DNA of 64,000 nucleotides from a candidate division WWE3 bacterium RIFOXYC1_FULL_40_10. Its GTDB lineage: Bacteria > Patescibacteriota > WWE3 > UBA101185 > UBA10185. The stretch spans positions 678,099 to 742,098 of the forward strand of contig MEWB01000001.1 in NCBI GenBank assembly GCA_001773215.1, read 5' to 3'. Made by a program: the position numbers and the translations under genes. Under the pieces are notes generated by a model that ran no database searches, was not told the DNA's origin, and worked only from the letters and a program-made list of their open reading frames with translations. Shown one piece after another: positions 37,461 to 46,723 of the stretch. Within the stretch, counting starts at the first letter, position 1, and each line of letters starts with the position of its first letter.

Positions 37461-38717
37461 CTACTGGAGGTGCCAGTAGATTGTCATGTAGTTGTCGTCG
37501 TGGAAAATGAAGACGCCGTTTCCCCCATCATTTAAACAATTTCTACAATAATAAGCAGTCCCATCCTCGACAGCATATACCGGTGACCCATGCCCACTGT
37601 CCATATCAAAGCCCGGATGAACATTACCTCCGTAATAAATATCCGACCAACAGGTTTTGCCATATCCTTGTGTAACTGTGGGACTACTCATCGGCCAATT
37701 CCAATCTCCGCTCCCAACCGTTTTGTTGCCCGAAGACGAACACCCTGTATCCCACCTAAAATTTTTACTCTCCAGCTTTTTCGCCGGATCTACGTAATTA
37801 GAGTAATACCAATTCCACCCGTTAATTTCACTTAGCGAGGAATACCGGTACACCCCAAAATGCAGGTGACTCCCAAACGAATAGCCTGTGTTACCCTCTC
37901 TGCCAATTACATCTCCCTTATCCACTTCCTCCCCATCCTGTCCTATTATTGCCCCGGCAGCGTTTATTATAGAATTCAATTCTCTCTGTGCATCAGATAA
38001 TAGTTTTTGGTACTTCGCCTCATCGTTTTGAGTTTTCTTCAGCAAAGCTTGTTTTTGGCTCTGCTGGTCATCTAGTATAGACTTCTGTGCTAACAAAGTT
38101 GCCCGCTCGTTTTCGAGCTGCTCTCTTACTATAACTTCCTCCTGCTTCTTTTCAGCTAAAGTCTTTTTTTGAGCCTCGTATCTTGCTCTGTTGTCCTCCA
38201 TCCAATCAATTAATCTATTATCCTCAAGCTCTAAAGCTCTTAGGGATTCCTCTTGGCGAACACCGGTACTCATTAACTTTTTGTCAAATAGGGTAAGAAT
38301 AGACTTCATACCCGGCTCTCCGTAATTTCCTTTAATACCATCCATGTAGCTTTTTCTTAATCTCGACGATAATATTTGGCTTTGCCTGGTTATTGACGCA
38401 CTCATTTTTATGATTAACTTTTCAAGATCCTCAATGTCTCCGGTAAGCTCGTTAATTTCTTCTATTTTTTGTGAAATCTTATTATTAGTGATCGAAATCC
38501 TGTATTCAGTCTGGGATATTTTGTCATCCATTACGGCGATTTCGTTTGATAGAGATTTGGATTTACCCTGAGCATCATCTATTTTTTTTTGTAGTTTTTC
38601 AATCTCCGACTGAAGATCGTCTATACTATTCTTACCCTCCTCTCCCAATGCCACTTTTGCTGTGAGGAATACAACGAACAGAAATATTGAAAGTAGCAAT
38701 ATGTTTTTTATACGCAT
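37461..38717 (-). CDS. Secreted coiled-coil M23 (LytM-type) metallopeptidase, FtsEX-associated, with apparently permuted catalytic domain
   Basis: Signal peptide and a ~230-aa coiled coil. Then VDKGDVIGREGNTGYSFGSHLHFGVY (normally the C-terminal HxH segment of M23), a linker, then WPMSSPTVTQGYG...HPGFDMDSGHGSPVYAVEDGTA...GGNGVFIFHDDNYMTIYWHL (normally the N-terminal HxxxD and central segments). The protein ends there. It sits immediately downstream of ftsEX. Confidence 0.7.
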   Translation of the reverse strand: MRIKNILLLSIFLFVVFLTAKVALGEEGKNSIDDLQSEIEKLQKKIDDAQGKSKSLSNEIAVMDDKISQTEYRISITNNKISQKIEEINELTGDIEDLEKLIIKMSASITRQSQILSSRLRKSYMDGIKGNYGEPGMKSILTLFDKKLMSTGVRQEESLRALELEDNRLIDWMEDNRARYEAQKKTLAEKKQEEVIVREQLENERATLLAQKSILDDQQSQKQALLKKTQNDEAKYQKLLSDAQRELNSIINAAGAIIGQDGEEVDKGDVIGREGNTGYSFGSHLHFGVYRYSSLSEINGWNWYYSNYVDPAKKLESKNFRWDTGCSSSGNKTVGSGDWNWPMSSPTVTQGYGKTCWSDIYYGGNVHPGFDMDSGHGSPVYAVEDGTAYYCRNCLNDGGNGVFIFHDDNYMTIYWHLQ

Positions 38718-38723
38718 AAGTTT

Positions 38724-39596
38724 TTAATACTTAAGGTATTTTTTAATTGCAGTATAACTACCCAAGTATCCAAGAAACACCCCGGATAACACGACTGCAA
38801 TAAATACCAAAATAGAAAACACTATTAAGGGTAAGTTGACATAATAGAGAAAACCAAACGAGATTGATCCGGGGATAAACCCTACCTTAGCCAGAACAAG
38901 GTCGAGTATCGAGAGTAGTGCTGAAGAAACAAAGGCTGAAAATAGGCCGAAATATACCCCCATCCTCACCAAAGGCGACATAACATAGTCATCTGTAGCT
39001 CCCACCAGCTTCATTATTTCAAACTCCATCCCCTTGGAATTAATTGCGGTTCTAAGTGTCACTATGATAATAGAGTAGGAAATCAGTAGAAACATTCCTG
39101 CCAAAACAAATCCACCGATATAAGCAATTGTCGAAAATAGCCTAAAATTAGCAATGGCATCCTTGAAGTATTTCACTCCTCCGGGTTCGACTCCGTCCAA
39201 AAGTCTTAGTTCTTCGGCAACCGGCTCTATCTCGCTCAATTTATATATATTTACATTTAAACTAGCGGGCAAAATCTCAGGACTTAGTGCCTCCAAAATA
39301 ACTTCATCGTTCTTATTAAGCTCTTTAAAAATTTCATAGGCCTGCTGTTTTGATACATATTCTACCGACTTTATTTTGGGATTGGATTCAAGCCTGGCTT
39401 TTGAGGCTAATATCAATTCCTCACTGTAATCGTCTTTAAAAAAGACTGCAATTCTAACCTGATCCTCAAGGGTTCTAACAAAAGTTTGGGAAAAAGCCAC
39501 AACTCTGATAAAAAGCCCTAGAACCATGAATGTAATGATCATAACAAACAGGTTCGATACACTTAACAAACTCTCTTTTTTAACATCTTGCATCAT
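38724..39596 (-). CDS. ftsX: Cell division ABC transporter permease FtsX
   Basis: 4 TM helices with a large periplasmic loop between TM1 and TM2 and a conserved C-terminal region. The ORF track extends to 39662 (overlapping ftsE); the start is taken at MMQDVKK (39596). Confidence 0.7.
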   Translation of the reverse strand: MMQDVKKESLLSVSNLFVMIITFMVLGLFIRVVAFSQTFVRTLEDQVRIAVFFKDDYSEELILASKARLESNPKIKSVEYVSKQQAYEIFKELNKNDEVILEALSPEILPASLNVNIYKLSEIEPVAEELRLLDGVEPGGVKYFKDAIANFRLFSTIAYIGGFVLAGMFLLISYSIIIVTLRTAINSKGMEFEIMKLVGATDDYVMSPLVRMGVYFGLFSAFVSSALLSILDLVLAKVGFIPGSISFGFLYYVNLPLIVFSILVFIAVVLSGVFLGYLGSYTAIKKYLKY

Positions 39597-39609
39597 TCTG
39601 GTAAAAGAT

Positions 39610-40293
39610 TTAACCACGGTATTTTCCCCCTTTCTTATCAGATAATAATCTACCCTCTTCAATTCTAATTACGCGCTTCTTTAGTCTATCCACAATGCCC
39701 TCATCGTGTGTAGCCATAATTACTGTGGTACCAAGTGAGTTTACTTTTTCCAGTATCTTAACTACCTCAGCAGACGAGTCTGGATCAATCATTCCCGTGG
39801 CTTCATCAGCTATCAAAACGTCAGGCTCGTGAGCTAGCGCTCGGGCAATGGATACTCGTTGCTTTTCACCCCCGGATAACTGCCTGGGATATTTGAACAT
39901 TTTTTCAGTTAAACCAACCATGCTCAACACGTTTGGCACTACATTTTGAATTTCGTAAGTAGGCGAGTCAACTACCTCCAAGGCAATTGCTACGTTCTCA
40001 AAAATGTTGCGGGATTCGAGCAATTTAAAGTCCTGAAAGACAACCCCAATTTTTCTTCTGTATGTAGCCGTTTCATCCAATGTGAGGCCCAAAACACTTT
40101 CATCATTGAATAATATATCTCCTCCGTTAGGAGATACCTCCCTTAGAAGTAATTTAATTATCGTAGATTTCCCAGCTCCCGAAGGACCTACAAAGAATAC
40201 AAACTCTCCTTCCTTGATCTTAAAAGATACATCGTCGAGTACGGCAAAACCGGCTTCATACTCTTTAACTACGTTTTTAAATTCTATCTGCAT
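39610..40293 (-). CDS. ftsE: Cell division ABC transporter ATP-binding protein FtsE
   Basis: Walker A GPSGAGKST, signature LSGGEKQRVSIARAL, Walker B LIADEATG, D-loop; 227 aa. Confidence 0.85.
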   Translation of the reverse strand: MQIEFKNVVKEYEAGFAVLDDVSFKIKEGEFVFFVGPSGAGKSTIIKLLLREVSPNGGDILFNDESVLGLTLDETATYRRKIGVVFQDFKLLESRNIFENVAIALEVVDSPTYEIQNVVPNVLSMVGLTEKMFKYPRQLSGGEKQRVSIARALAHEPDVLIADEATGMIDPDSSAEVVKILEKVNSLGTTVIMATHDEGIVDRLKKRVIRIEEGRLLSDKKGGKYRG

Positions 40294-40294
40294 A

Positions 40295-40714
40295 TTAGTT
40301 TGTAATTATAAGTTTATCCACTAACAAAATTTGGGAATTATCATCAGGGGAGGTAGTTAACTTCCCAACAACACTTACATCTAAACCTTCGGCAACGGAT
40401 AACTTGTCATCGTATGATCTTAATTTTAGCTCACTGCCATCAAATTGCAAAAGCGCATAAATTGTATCACCGGTACCCCCTATATAAATTATTCTCCCTT
40501 GCCTGGTTACAAGCTCCGGCTGCTTGATTATTCCCTCCTGGACTTCTGTATCGGATCCAATCTGTTCAGGTTTAGTTAATCTGGAATTTATAAAATAACC
40601 TAGGGTAAAGCCAATTACCAGAAAAATTATGAAAAGCACAATCAATAGATTAATAAGTTTACGGCCCTTTATTGCTTCGGCCTTGTCGTATGTATTTCTG
40701 AGCAGATCTAACAT
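40295..40714 (-). CDS. Membrane-anchored hypothetical protein upstream of ftsE
   Basis: 139 aa with an N-terminal TM anchor and a beta-rich ectodomain. Its stop abuts the ftsE start. Confidence 0.3.
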   Translation of the reverse strand: MLDLLRNTYDKAEAIKGRKLINLLIVLFIIFLVIGFTLGYFINSRLTKPEQIGSDTEVQEGIIKQPELVTRQGRIIYIGGTGDTIYALLQFDGSELKLRSYDDKLSVAEGLDVSVVGKLTTSPDDNSQILLVDKLIITN

Positions 40715-40764
40715 GTATATACATTATACAAAGAGAAACCTCATAAAGTCGAGAAAGACTTTTA

Positions 40765-41172
40765 ATGTACATAAAAACTAAAATTATCTCAAAGACAAGG
40801 CAAGTTTTTGGCCAAACATACTATCTTTATGATAATTGTTCTAAATACATCTTGAGCATCAATTTCCCACCCTCCACAAGCAGTTCGCAACCTTACGCTC
40901 ACGATACAATCATTAGAACCGTGGCGGGCATGGGAGGAAAGATAGCCGGAATTAGGATTTACCGATATCAAAACAAAACAGAGTGGTTTTATGCATATTT
41001 AATTATTAGACTAGATAATGATTTAATTGAAATCAACATATCCTGTGAAGACGCCTTAAAAATTGCTCTTCACGAAAAACTACCTATTTGGGTACAAAAT
41101 AAAATCCTAAACTCTGTTGGAATCAAAATTACTAAGTCATTGCTAGAATCAAGCCTAAACCACCCTATCTAA
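40765..41172 (+). CDS. Bifunctional nuclease (BFN/DUF151) family protein
   Basis: EDALKIALHEKLPIWV matches the conserved DAIALA...API[FY]V segment of DUF151; 135 aa. Confidence 0.5.
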   Translation: MYIKTKIISKTRQVFGQTYYLYDNCSKYILSINFPPSTSSSQPYAHDTIIRTVAGMGGKIAGIRIYRYQNKTEWFYAYLIIRLDNDLIEINISCEDALKIALHEKLPIWVQNKILNSVGIKITKSLLESSLNHPI

Positions 41173-42253
41173 GGTATCTCTCGATATTTATGTTGTGCTC
41201 CTCTAAGGTAGTAGCGTAATGGGTATTTCCCTGCACATCATTTAGATAGAAATAATAAGGCGTTTTGCTGTTCTTTAACACAGCCTCGATTGCCGAAATG
41301 CTGGGACTGCAAATTGGCTCCGGGGGCAAACCCTTATTTTTCCGGGTATTATAAGGGCTGTTTAAGTTTAACTCGTCCTCAGTTAAATCGTGAGGCCACC
41401 AACTGTAATCTAGCATCGTATCAAAGGTAACCACACATTCGTACTTGTTGCACAGTCTGTTTGGAGCCACAACATACTGTGTAGTTGCATCAACATCCAG
41501 CTTCATATCCTCTTTCAATCTCTTTAGCATAATTCCTGCAACTATCTCCCTATCTTCCTGCAGTCTTACTTCCCTTTCAACCAAAGAAGCCATTACGATT
41601 ATCTGTTCTTTCGTCAAACCAAGCTCCTCCTCATGAGAAGGTAATATCAAATCTTTAGTTTTTTTGGCAAAGGTGGTTGTTAATATTTGTAAAAGTTGCT
41701 CCTCGTCGGTATCCAATGCTAATTCGTAAGTATCGGGGAAAAGATACCCTTCATAGGGTTTTGCCATCTCAACGAACGTCTCGTATTCCACCTTGTCTAA
41801 TTTACTGGCTGCCAACCGCGCGAATTCTTCGACTCTCCAGCCTTCTAAAAAAGTGACTTTTGTGTCATTTACACCATGTTGAAACATCTCTGCCAAGTCG
41901 ACTACAGTTGCACCGGCCGGTATTGTGTAAATCCCCGCTTGAATGCTATCTGCCATGTTGTTGGAAAGTAAGTAGACCATAAATAGAAACCTGGAATTTA
42001 ACACCTTGGCCTCAGATAAGCTCTGTGCAATGTCGGGTAAACTGTCACCATGTTGGATTTGAAATCTAACTTCCTTAATTGAAGGAGATGGCCTAAGAAC
42101 GGCAAATTTATAATAAAAAAAAGTTAATATTGGTAAAAGAATAAAAACTACCGGGATAGCTATCAAGATCAATTTCTTTTTGGCAGTGTTGCTTAGTATG
42201 TGGTACTTATTAGGATCAAGCTCCGGTACGGAGCTGTTTATTTCATTTTGCAC
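41165..42253 (-). CDS. mltG: Endolytic murein transglycosylase MltG (YceG-like)
   Basis: N-terminal TM anchor, LysM-like segment, and catalytic signature NLNSPYNTRKNKGLPPEPICSPS (MltG SPYNTY..GLPP.PI.NPG); GTG start. Confidence 0.8.
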   Translation of the reverse strand: MQNEINSSVPELDPNKYHILSNTAKKKLILIAIPVVFILLPILTFFYYKFAVLRPSPSIKEVRFQIQHGDSLPDIAQSLSEAKVLNSRFLFMVYLLSNNMADSIQAGIYTIPAGATVVDLAEMFQHGVNDTKVTFLEGWRVEEFARLAASKLDKVEYETFVEMAKPYEGYLFPDTYELALDTDEEQLLQILTTTFAKKTKDLILPSHEEELGLTKEQIIVMASLVEREVRLQEDREIVAGIMLKRLKEDMKLDVDATTQYVVAPNRLCNKYECVVTFDTMLDYSWWPHDLTEDELNLNSPYNTRKNKGLPPEPICSPSISAIEAVLKNSKTPYYFYLNDVQGNTHYATTLEEHNINIERYLR

Positions 42254-42341
42254 TATGCAATAATATCATATCTCCTGAAGAGTCGGCCGCACCGGAGACT
42301 ATGGGTTTACTTCTTGGCACTTTGTGAGATAATGGTCGAAT

Positions 42342-42664
42342 AGGAGGATGACTGATCGCCCGCCATTGGTGGGAGGAAAGTCCAGGCTGCACAGAGCAAG
42401 GGACGGAGGGTAACCTCCGACGGGTAACCGCTGGTGGTTGAGGGCCGAAAGGCACTCAACACGGAAGGTGAATTAACATCTTCTGAGAGCAACAGAGACG
42501 ACCGAATTCCTTAAAAGGAATTCGTATGAAACGGGCAATCCCACCTGCAGAAATCCACGAATTTGCCGTCGAGTCTGCTCGGCAATCCGCCATTGGCGGA
42601 ACGGCATAAAGTTGGAGTTTAGATAGATGATCAGATAAAACAGAACCTGGCTTACGGTCCTCCT
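42342..42664 (+). ncRNA. rnpB: RNase P RNA (bacterial type A, compact)
   Basis: P4 5' strand GGAGGAAAGUCCAGGCUGCACAG and 3' strand ACAGAACCUGGCUUACGG, with a compensatory A-U replacing the E. coli G-C. GGGUAACCGCUGG and GAAGGUGAAU elements are present. P1 pairs AGGAGG at 42342 with CCUCCU at 42659-42664. Lies on the opposite strand between two minus-strand genes. Confidence 0.8.
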
Positions 42665-43652
42665 AGTCTTGATATTGTAAAACTCTTTTTAGAATAATCG
42701 AAAGAATCATCATTAACGGAACAGCCGTAATGGCACCCAACAATCCAAATAGCTCTCCACCGACTAACAAGGCAACCAGTATAGCTAACGGACTAAACCC
42801 TGATACCTTTTCCATGATTTTGGGCACTAAAAAGCTATTTTCCATTTGTTGAATTATTGTAAACAAAGCCAAAACTCCAATTCCCTGGAAGTTGGAAACC
42901 GAAAAGCCAATTATTGCAGACAAAATTGCGGCAATTACCGGACCTATCATGGGTACTACCTCCAATAGGCCTGCTACTATTCCCAAGGCCAAGGCAAATT
43001 TAACTCCTAAAATTTGGAGTCCCAAAAAGCTAAACAAACCAACAACAAACATCAACAACGCCTCCCCCTTCACCCAGTGGCCAATGCTTATTTCGATTTC
43101 TTCAATTGCACCTCTTACTTCAACTTCTATTTTATCCGGCAAAATATCGTACAACTTTCTTTTAAGATTCTCCCAATCCAAAGACATATAAATTGACAAA
43201 ACCAAAAGGCTAAAAACTGAGAAAATATTTGAGAAAAGGAAAACAGTAATTGAAACTACACCGTTTGAAACAGACGTCGTTGTAGGCAATAAGTCCGTGA
43301 AGGTAATCTCGGAAGCTCCGGGTATTTGATATTCCTGAATAATTTGTGCCAAGCTTAGTAAAAGTACTCTTCCCTGATTTAGTACCGGGGGTAACACTAC
43401 TAATAATATAAAAGCCGCCACCAAAACAAATAAAGCATAGCTAACTAAAACCGCCAGTCCCCTGGAAACGGGTCTATTCCAAAAAGTCATTTTCATTAAA
43501 TATTTGATTCCCGATTCGATTGCTAAAGATATAAAAAGAGCTAAGAGGAGTGTGCTGAAAACAGCAGAAAGCCGGTAAATTATCAATCCAGCAACAACCA
43601 TAAGTGCAGTTAAAAATATCGTTCGTATTGAGATAACCAAATTTTTGTCCAT
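42663..43652 (-). CDS. AI-2E family transporter (PerM/YhhT, UPF0118)
   Basis: 329 aa with 7-8 TM helices, arranged as three N-terminal TM helices, a long middle region and C-terminal TM helices, as in the AI-2E family. Confidence 0.5.
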   Translation of the reverse strand: MDKNLVISIRTIFLTALMVVAGLIIYRLSAVFSTLLLALFISLAIESGIKYLMKMTFWNRPVSRGLAVLVSYALFVLVAAFILLVVLPPVLNQGRVLLLSLAQIIQEYQIPGASEITFTDLLPTTTSVSNGVVSITVFLFSNIFSVFSLLVLSIYMSLDWENLKRKLYDILPDKIEVEVRGAIEEIEISIGHWVKGEALLMFVVGLFSFLGLQILGVKFALALGIVAGLLEVVPMIGPVIAAILSAIIGFSVSNFQGIGVLALFTIIQQMENSFLVPKIMEKVSGFSPLAILVALLVGGELFGLLGAITAVPLMMILSIILKRVLQYQD

Positions 43653-44561
43653 TTAGGCGATTATATGTGCTTTTGCGTCTTCGCGCCAGTCTTTTCTCGA
43701 AATATCAAACCACTGAATATCCGCATTTTTATTAAAATAGGTCTTCTGCCTTCGAATGTAAGCATGCAGATCGAACTTTGCTCTTTCTTTTTCACCGGAT
43801 AACGCGGATTTATATACGAGGCCCTGCAATCTATGTGAATTTCCATAACCTCTTGCTCTCAAGTCCGAAATTTCGGCAAGTAAATTATCCCAAATACTTT
43901 CCAGCCATATATCCGCTCTTGAAAACAAGAGCTCATTAGGCCCTGTTAAACCTAAATAAGTGAAATTTACATCTGTTAAATAAGGTAACTTGGCTTTATT
44001 GGTGACTTTTTGAGCAAGCAAAATTTCTAGCGCTCTTACTAGTCGAGGTTTGTTGGATAAATCCGTTTTCTTTGCCGTATCTTTAGATAAATCTTCCAGC
44101 TTGGTTGCCAACTCCACCACGGACATGCCATTAAGCAGTTTTCTCAATTCAAAGTTTGGTTCAACATTAGCTGGAATTACTCTACCTGTAAGTAAATCTA
44201 TATAAAAACCGGTTCCTCCCACAATATATACTTGCTTATGTTGCGATAAAAGTTTAGCCGCTGTCTCTAAAGCATATTTGGCAAAATCATAAGCCGAAAA
44301 AAACTGCTCAGGAGTAATTAAGTCGTATCCGTATATATCAACACCTTGTATAGTCCATTTACCATCATTTTTATGAATATCTGAAGCCTGAGCCAAATCG
44401 ATAGGCAATTTTCCGGTTCCGTAGTCCATATATTTGACTATCTGTCTGGAATCGGCCGATATTATGCTCCCCCCTGTTTGCTTACAAACTTCAAGCATTA
44501 AGGAAGTTTTTCCCGTTGAAGTAGGTCCCACCACTAGTTGAACTGTTTTCGTAGCTGTCAT
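43653..44561 (-). CDS. miaA: tRNA dimethylallyltransferase MiaA
   Basis: P-loop VGPTSTGKTSL followed by IISADSRQIVKYMDYGTGK (MiaA IISADSMQVYRGMDIGTAK); 302 aa. Confidence 0.8.
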   Translation of the reverse strand: MTATKTVQLVVGPTSTGKTSLMLEVCKQTGGSIISADSRQIVKYMDYGTGKLPIDLAQASDIHKNDGKWTIQGVDIYGYDLITPEQFFSAYDFAKYALETAAKLLSQHKQVYIVGGTGFYIDLLTGRVIPANVEPNFELRKLLNGMSVVELATKLEDLSKDTAKKTDLSNKPRLVRALEILLAQKVTNKAKLPYLTDVNFTYLGLTGPNELLFSRADIWLESIWDNLLAEISDLRARGYGNSHRLQGLVYKSALSGEKERAKFDLHAYIRRQKTYFNKNADIQWFDISRKDWREDAKAHIIA

Positions 44562-44641
44562 ACCAGAGCATTATACCAGACCCTATAGTTGCAGTGATGG
44601 GCTAAAAATGCTACCATGCGAAAAGAAAACAAACTGATTAT

Positions 44642-44971
44642 TTGGAGGTTGAGATGAAAACGGAAAAGAAGGGTCGCCTGATGGTGGCCTCAATGTTCGG
44701 AACTTTGGTTTTTATTTTGGTAGCAGCGGTAATCGTATATTCGATTCAAAACGCCCTTTTGATCAATGGCACGGGCCCAAATGCTGCTATCAACGCAAGC
44801 GCCTGGATTTTATACTCGCTTATCGGAATCTTCTCCGCGTTTAACATCTTCGGATCACTTCTTCTGGTTTCTATAAGTAAGTGGGAAAATGTGACATATA
44901 AGCAGGCTTTTTGGTTCGGAGTATATCGCGGATGTATCCCAACGATAAAAACCTTGCTGAACAAGTACTGA
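44642..44971 (+). CDS. Small membrane protein (2-3 TM), hypothetical
   Basis: 109 aa, hydrophobic, with a GGAGGT RBS. Confidence 0.3.
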   Translation: MEVEMKTEKKGRLMVASMFGTLVFILVAAVIVYSIQNALLINGTGPNAAINASAWILYSLIGIFSAFNIFGSLLLVSISKWENVTYKQAFWFGVYRGCIPTIKTLLNKY

Positions 44972-44986
44972 TCAAAGGAGTAGGAC

Positions 44987-45268
44987 ATGAACAGTAGTGG
45001 CAAAGGAACTTGGGGTTTTGTCGGGCTTATCATATACCTTGTTCTGAGTATCCTTCTGGGACCGGTTTTGCTGATAAGCAACAGCTATCCCGCTTCCACA
45101 CCCGAGGTTATCTTTCTCATAATAGGCTTCGGATTTTGGGCAGTGGGAATGCTGGGAAACGTTTACGTCGTGACGGAAGAAACAGAAAAAGAACGTCCTA
45201 AATCTCGGTTGCAAATGCTTTTTTTGGGTATTGCGGGATTCGTCAGGATTAGGGAATATTTGGTTTAA
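44987..45268 (+). CDS. Small membrane protein (2 TM), hypothetical
   Basis: 93 aa, hydrophobic, with an AGGAG RBS; followed by a terminator. Confidence 0.3.
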   Translation: MNSSGKGTWGFVGLIIYLVLSILLGPVLLISNSYPASTPEVIFLIIGFGFWAVGMLGNVYVVTEETEKERPKSRLQMLFLGIAGFVRIREYLV

Positions 45269-45274
45269 TCACAC

Positions 45275-45312
45275 CGGCCGCTGAAAATTATCTTTCGGCG
45301 GCTGTTTTTTTC
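45275..45312 (+). terminator. Rho-independent terminator (between convergent genes)
   Basis: A ~12-bp stem (ccggccgctgaaa / tttcggcggctg), 6-nt loop, then a run of 7 T. Confidence 0.6.
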
Positions 45313-46415
45313 CAAGCCTTTGTCAAAAAATCATGTCTCCACTTCTTTTCCTCGCGCGGAATATCATCTTTCATAGTTTTTTGCGCAATCGTCCCCTTTC
45401 GCTCGGAGTACATAGATATAAATGCGACATTAAAATGTACTCTTTCGACCAAGCTAACGGTATCCATAAATTGCTCTCTCGTCTCACCCGGAAACCCCAC
45501 AATGATATCCGTTCCGATCTCCATGCGGGGTCTGACCCTGTATATTTGTTCCACTACCCCTATAAAATCCTCCACACTATGCCTACGATTCATCTTTTTC
45601 AGGATCTCGTTATTTCCCGACTGAACAGCTATGTGTATGTAATTCTTTATTTTTGGATGCTTTAGTACATTAACCAGGTCAGAAGTAAAATCAAAGGGAT
45701 TAGAACTTATAAAATCAATTTCTTTAACACCCTCAATTTTGAGCAGCGCTCTCAATAGGTTGGCGAAAGGTAACTTTTGGTTGCTACCCGCCCTAATTTT
45801 GAATTTCTGCTTCTTTGCCAATCCCCACGAATTTACATTTTGCCCGCACAGAGTGAATTTTGTAACCCCCTGTTCTATATAGCTACCAAATTCAGCTAAA
45901 ATTTCCGCTTTTAATCGAGAAATCTCCTCCCCTCTTGCGTAAGGGACGACACAATAAGTACAGAAATTATCACAACCTGTAGAGATGTTTACGTAAGCGT
46001 GGCCACCACCAAAAGAAACCGATTTTAAATTATTAGTTTTGGGTGTGGGTAAAAATAAATCCACCCAAGGGACTTTTCTTTTCAAGTCGTCCAAAGAGTA
46101 TCTGGATCTATCTCCACACGCACTACCTACTACACACCCTGTAAGTATTATATAGGGTTTTTTCCTCATGCCTTTCAAAGTCTTGCCCAAGCCGTAAACC
46201 TTATCTTCACTCTTTTGCCGCACCGAACACGAATTTATGATAACTAAATTAGCACTTGAAAACACGTACTCGTCCTCGGCCTTTGCGTTCTTAAACTCTT
46301 TCTTGGATAAATCCAATGGTGTGAAACCCAGGTTCTCGAAAATCCCGGCGATATTTGCCGAATCCGCCAGATTTGCCTGACAGCCATAGGTTTTTATGAA
46401 GTAGGTTTTAGTCAT
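45288..46415 (-). CDS. miaB: Radical SAM methylthiotransferase, MiaB-like (tRNA i6A37 2-methylthiolation)
   Basis: N-terminal MTTase domain (YFIKTYGCQANLADS), radical SAM CxxxCxxC (STGCDNFCTYC), C-terminal TRAM-like region. The start is taken at MTKTYF (46415); the ORF-track 5' extension covers a repeat-rich promoter region. Confidence 0.8.
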   Translation of the reverse strand: MTKTYFIKTYGCQANLADSANIAGIFENLGFTPLDLSKKEFKNAKAEDEYVFSSANLVIINSCSVRQKSEDKVYGLGKTLKGMRKKPYIILTGCVVGSACGDRSRYSLDDLKRKVPWVDLFLPTPKTNNLKSVSFGGGHAYVNISTGCDNFCTYCVVPYARGEEISRLKAEILAEFGSYIEQGVTKFTLCGQNVNSWGLAKKQKFKIRAGSNQKLPFANLLRALLKIEGVKEIDFISSNPFDFTSDLVNVLKHPKIKNYIHIAVQSGNNEILKKMNRRHSVEDFIGVVEQIYRVRPRMEIGTDIIVGFPGETREQFMDTVSLVERVHFNVAFISMYSERKGTIAQKTMKDDIPREEKKWRHDFLTKAWKKTAAER

Positions 46416-46551
46416 AGAAACGGGAGCAGCTCCAACGCTAGAGCAGCTCCGACACGTCTGAATATACAGCACACGCGGGTTTTGTAAACTCCCGGAGCTG
46501 CTCCGAAACGCCATTGACTAAATGGCCAAAACCCAGTAATATCACCACGTT

Positions 46552-46710
46552 ATGGCAAAAACAAGAAGAACATGGCAACCGAAAAAACACAAAAGAGCAA
46601 AAAAGCACGGATTCTTAAAAAGAATGCGTTCTAACGGCGGTCAAAATATTCTAAAAAGAAGGCGACTTAAAGGCCGAAAGAGACTAGCAGTAAAACCATC
46701 GAGCAAGTGA
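46552..46710 (+). CDS. rpmH: 50S ribosomal protein L34
   Basis: Not in the ORF track (52 aa). Translation [52 protein letters not shown] matches the L34 consensus (M.RT.QP...R...HGFR.RM....G...L..RR.KGRKRL). Confidence 0.85.
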   Translation: MAKTRRTWQPKKHKRAKKHGFLKRMRSNGGQNILKRRRLKGRKRLAVKPSSK

Positions 46711-46723
46711 TAAAATTCACCCA

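Noticed and set aside
42243-42492. Two minus-strand ORF-track entries (70 aa and 61 aa)
   Set aside because: They lie antisense to the RNase P RNA gene. Their GC-rich, Pro/Ser/Arg-rich translations are what a structured RNA gene gives when translated in a spurious frame.
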